A stretch of DNA of 52,535 nucleotides, from the NCBI GenBank assembly GCA_020148145.1, contig JAHCRE010000019.1, positions 1 to 52,535 of the forward strand, in the 5' to 3' direction. The notes below the pieces were generated by a model, which did no database searches, was not told the DNA's origin, and saw only the letters and a program-made list of their open reading frames with translations. The position numbers and the translations under genes are program-made. Below, one piece after another: positions 51,747-52,535 of the stretch (its first letter is position 1; every line of letters starts with the position of its first letter). The stretch is from Patescibacteria group bacterium (GTDB lineage Bacteria; Patescibacteriota; Minisyncoccia; Minisyncoccales; JAHCRE01).

Positions 51747-52355
51747 TTATTTCCATTTTAATAAATACTTATGGTGTCTATCTCCCCGAAAATAGCATTT
51801 AATTTCTTCACAGGTTATTTGAGGGCTTTTTACTATCAATTGTAAAATTCCAGAAAAGTAGCCCCTTAAATAATAACAATAAAGATGATGAAGATTAAAG
51901 TTTTCTACTTTTAAAATCGCATATTTCTTTTCTTCATCTAGTTCGAGTGGAATGAGGTCACCGGTAGTCCAGTGCTCTTTCCAGATTTTTGGAGCCTCTT
52001 TGAAAAAAACTCTTTGAACAGAAAGAAAGTACCTTATAAAAAGCTTAACAATTAAGGATTTCTTTGTGGCAAAGAATCCCATTTCTTTAATTTTCTCATC
52101 ATCAAAATTAAAAATTTTCTTAATGGCTAAAAGAGAAAGGGCCCTTAATCCCACTGGATAAAAGGCCATTGTCTCAATTTCTTTGTATTTAATTGGATAA
52201 CCCAATTTTTCTAGTTCATCTTCTAATTTTTTAAGACCTTCTTTTCCTTTCTCTTTTAAAATATAGTCTCCATCGGTTTTGAAAACTACCCCCCTTACTT
52301 CACCTTTAATTTCCATTAATTTTTTGATGGTTTCTTTTGTGATTTCTTGGTTCAT
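51747..52355 (-). CDS. V4R/DUF2378-like putative ligand-binding protein, paralogue A1
   Basis: 202 aa. The N-terminal half is nearly identical to A2 and the C-terminal half is clearly diverged. Confidence 0.4.
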   Translation of the reverse strand: MNQEITKETIKKLMEIKGEVRGVVFKTDGDYILKEKGKEGLKKLEDELEKLGYPIKYKEIETMAFYPVGLRALSLLAIKKIFNFDDEKIKEMGFFATKKSLIVKLFIRYFLSVQRVFFKEAPKIWKEHWTTGDLIPLELDEEKKYAILKVENFNLHHLYCYYLRGYFSGILQLIVKSPQITCEEIKCYFRGDRHHKYLLKWK

Positions 52356-52377
52356 ATAAAAATGTTTTAAATAGTTT

Positions 52378-52535
52378 CTACGATCGACTTTTATTTTCCC
52401 CTAATTCTTTTTTTAATCTCTCTATTTCTTTTTTTAGTTCAATCATTTTTAATTCCCGACCAACAGCTAATCTTTGGAATCTTTCTAATTCTCCTATTTT
52501 TTCTTGAAGTTCTTTTGTTCTTTGTTTAACCTGTG
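52378..52535 (-). CDS. PAS/coiled-coil protein paralogue, C-terminal fragment (runs off the window)
   Basis: Reads ..LAVGRELKMIELKKEIERLKKELGENKSRS then a stop (TAG at 52380..52378). The nucleotide sequence is close to 50511-50660. Confidence 0.6.
   Translation of the reverse strand, partial: QVKQRTKELQEKIGELERFQRLAVGRELKMIELKKEIERLKKELGENKSRS

Overview
This is an AT-rich, gene-dense 52.5-kb bacterial window. It holds about 62 protein genes, one tRNA-Arg(CCG), no rRNA, no CRISPR array, and no transposase or integrase. The gene content mixes bacterial housekeeping and repair genes (uvrB, ruvA, holA, mutM/fpg, rpsT, metK, greA, rlmN, a Mur-family ligase) with many archaeal- or eukaryote-type enzymes. 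These include Elp3 next to a Trm9-like methyltransferase, endonuclease Q, archaeal-type PPAT, RtcB with archease and RtcA, a presenilin-like protease, DUF763, and an AsnRS-like core. Most genes lack a Shine-Dalgarno sequence or look leaderless. I infer, without proof, a small-genome uncultivated bacterium of the Patescibacteria/CPR type.

Five regions stand out:
- **Cassette array (849-4490):** seven same-orientation copies of a GC-rich stem-loop boundary repeat separate unrelated single-gene units, each with its own promoter and most with a recognisable terminator.
- **GC-rich hairpin elements:** a family of short elements is scattered between genes and, more notably, sits in frame inside conserved genes (uvrB, the Mur ligase, a PflX-like radical SAM gene, Elp3 and others). 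This resembles Rickettsia palindromic elements.
- **fpg 5' end (46560-46664):** a diverged duplicate of the fpg 5' end is fused to a perfect 13-bp GC hairpin immediately upstream of the real fpg.
- **Structured intergenic element:** a roughly 85-nt element occurs twice (16396-16482 and 46673-46755) with compensatory stem changes.
- **Signalling operon (46758 to the window end):** it encodes a soluble PAS histidine kinase, a stand-alone 7-TM protein, two CheY-only regulators, and tandemly amplified V4R/DUF2378-like sensor proteins with PAS-coiled-coil proteins.

All calls come from reading the sequence and ORF translations only. No searches were run.
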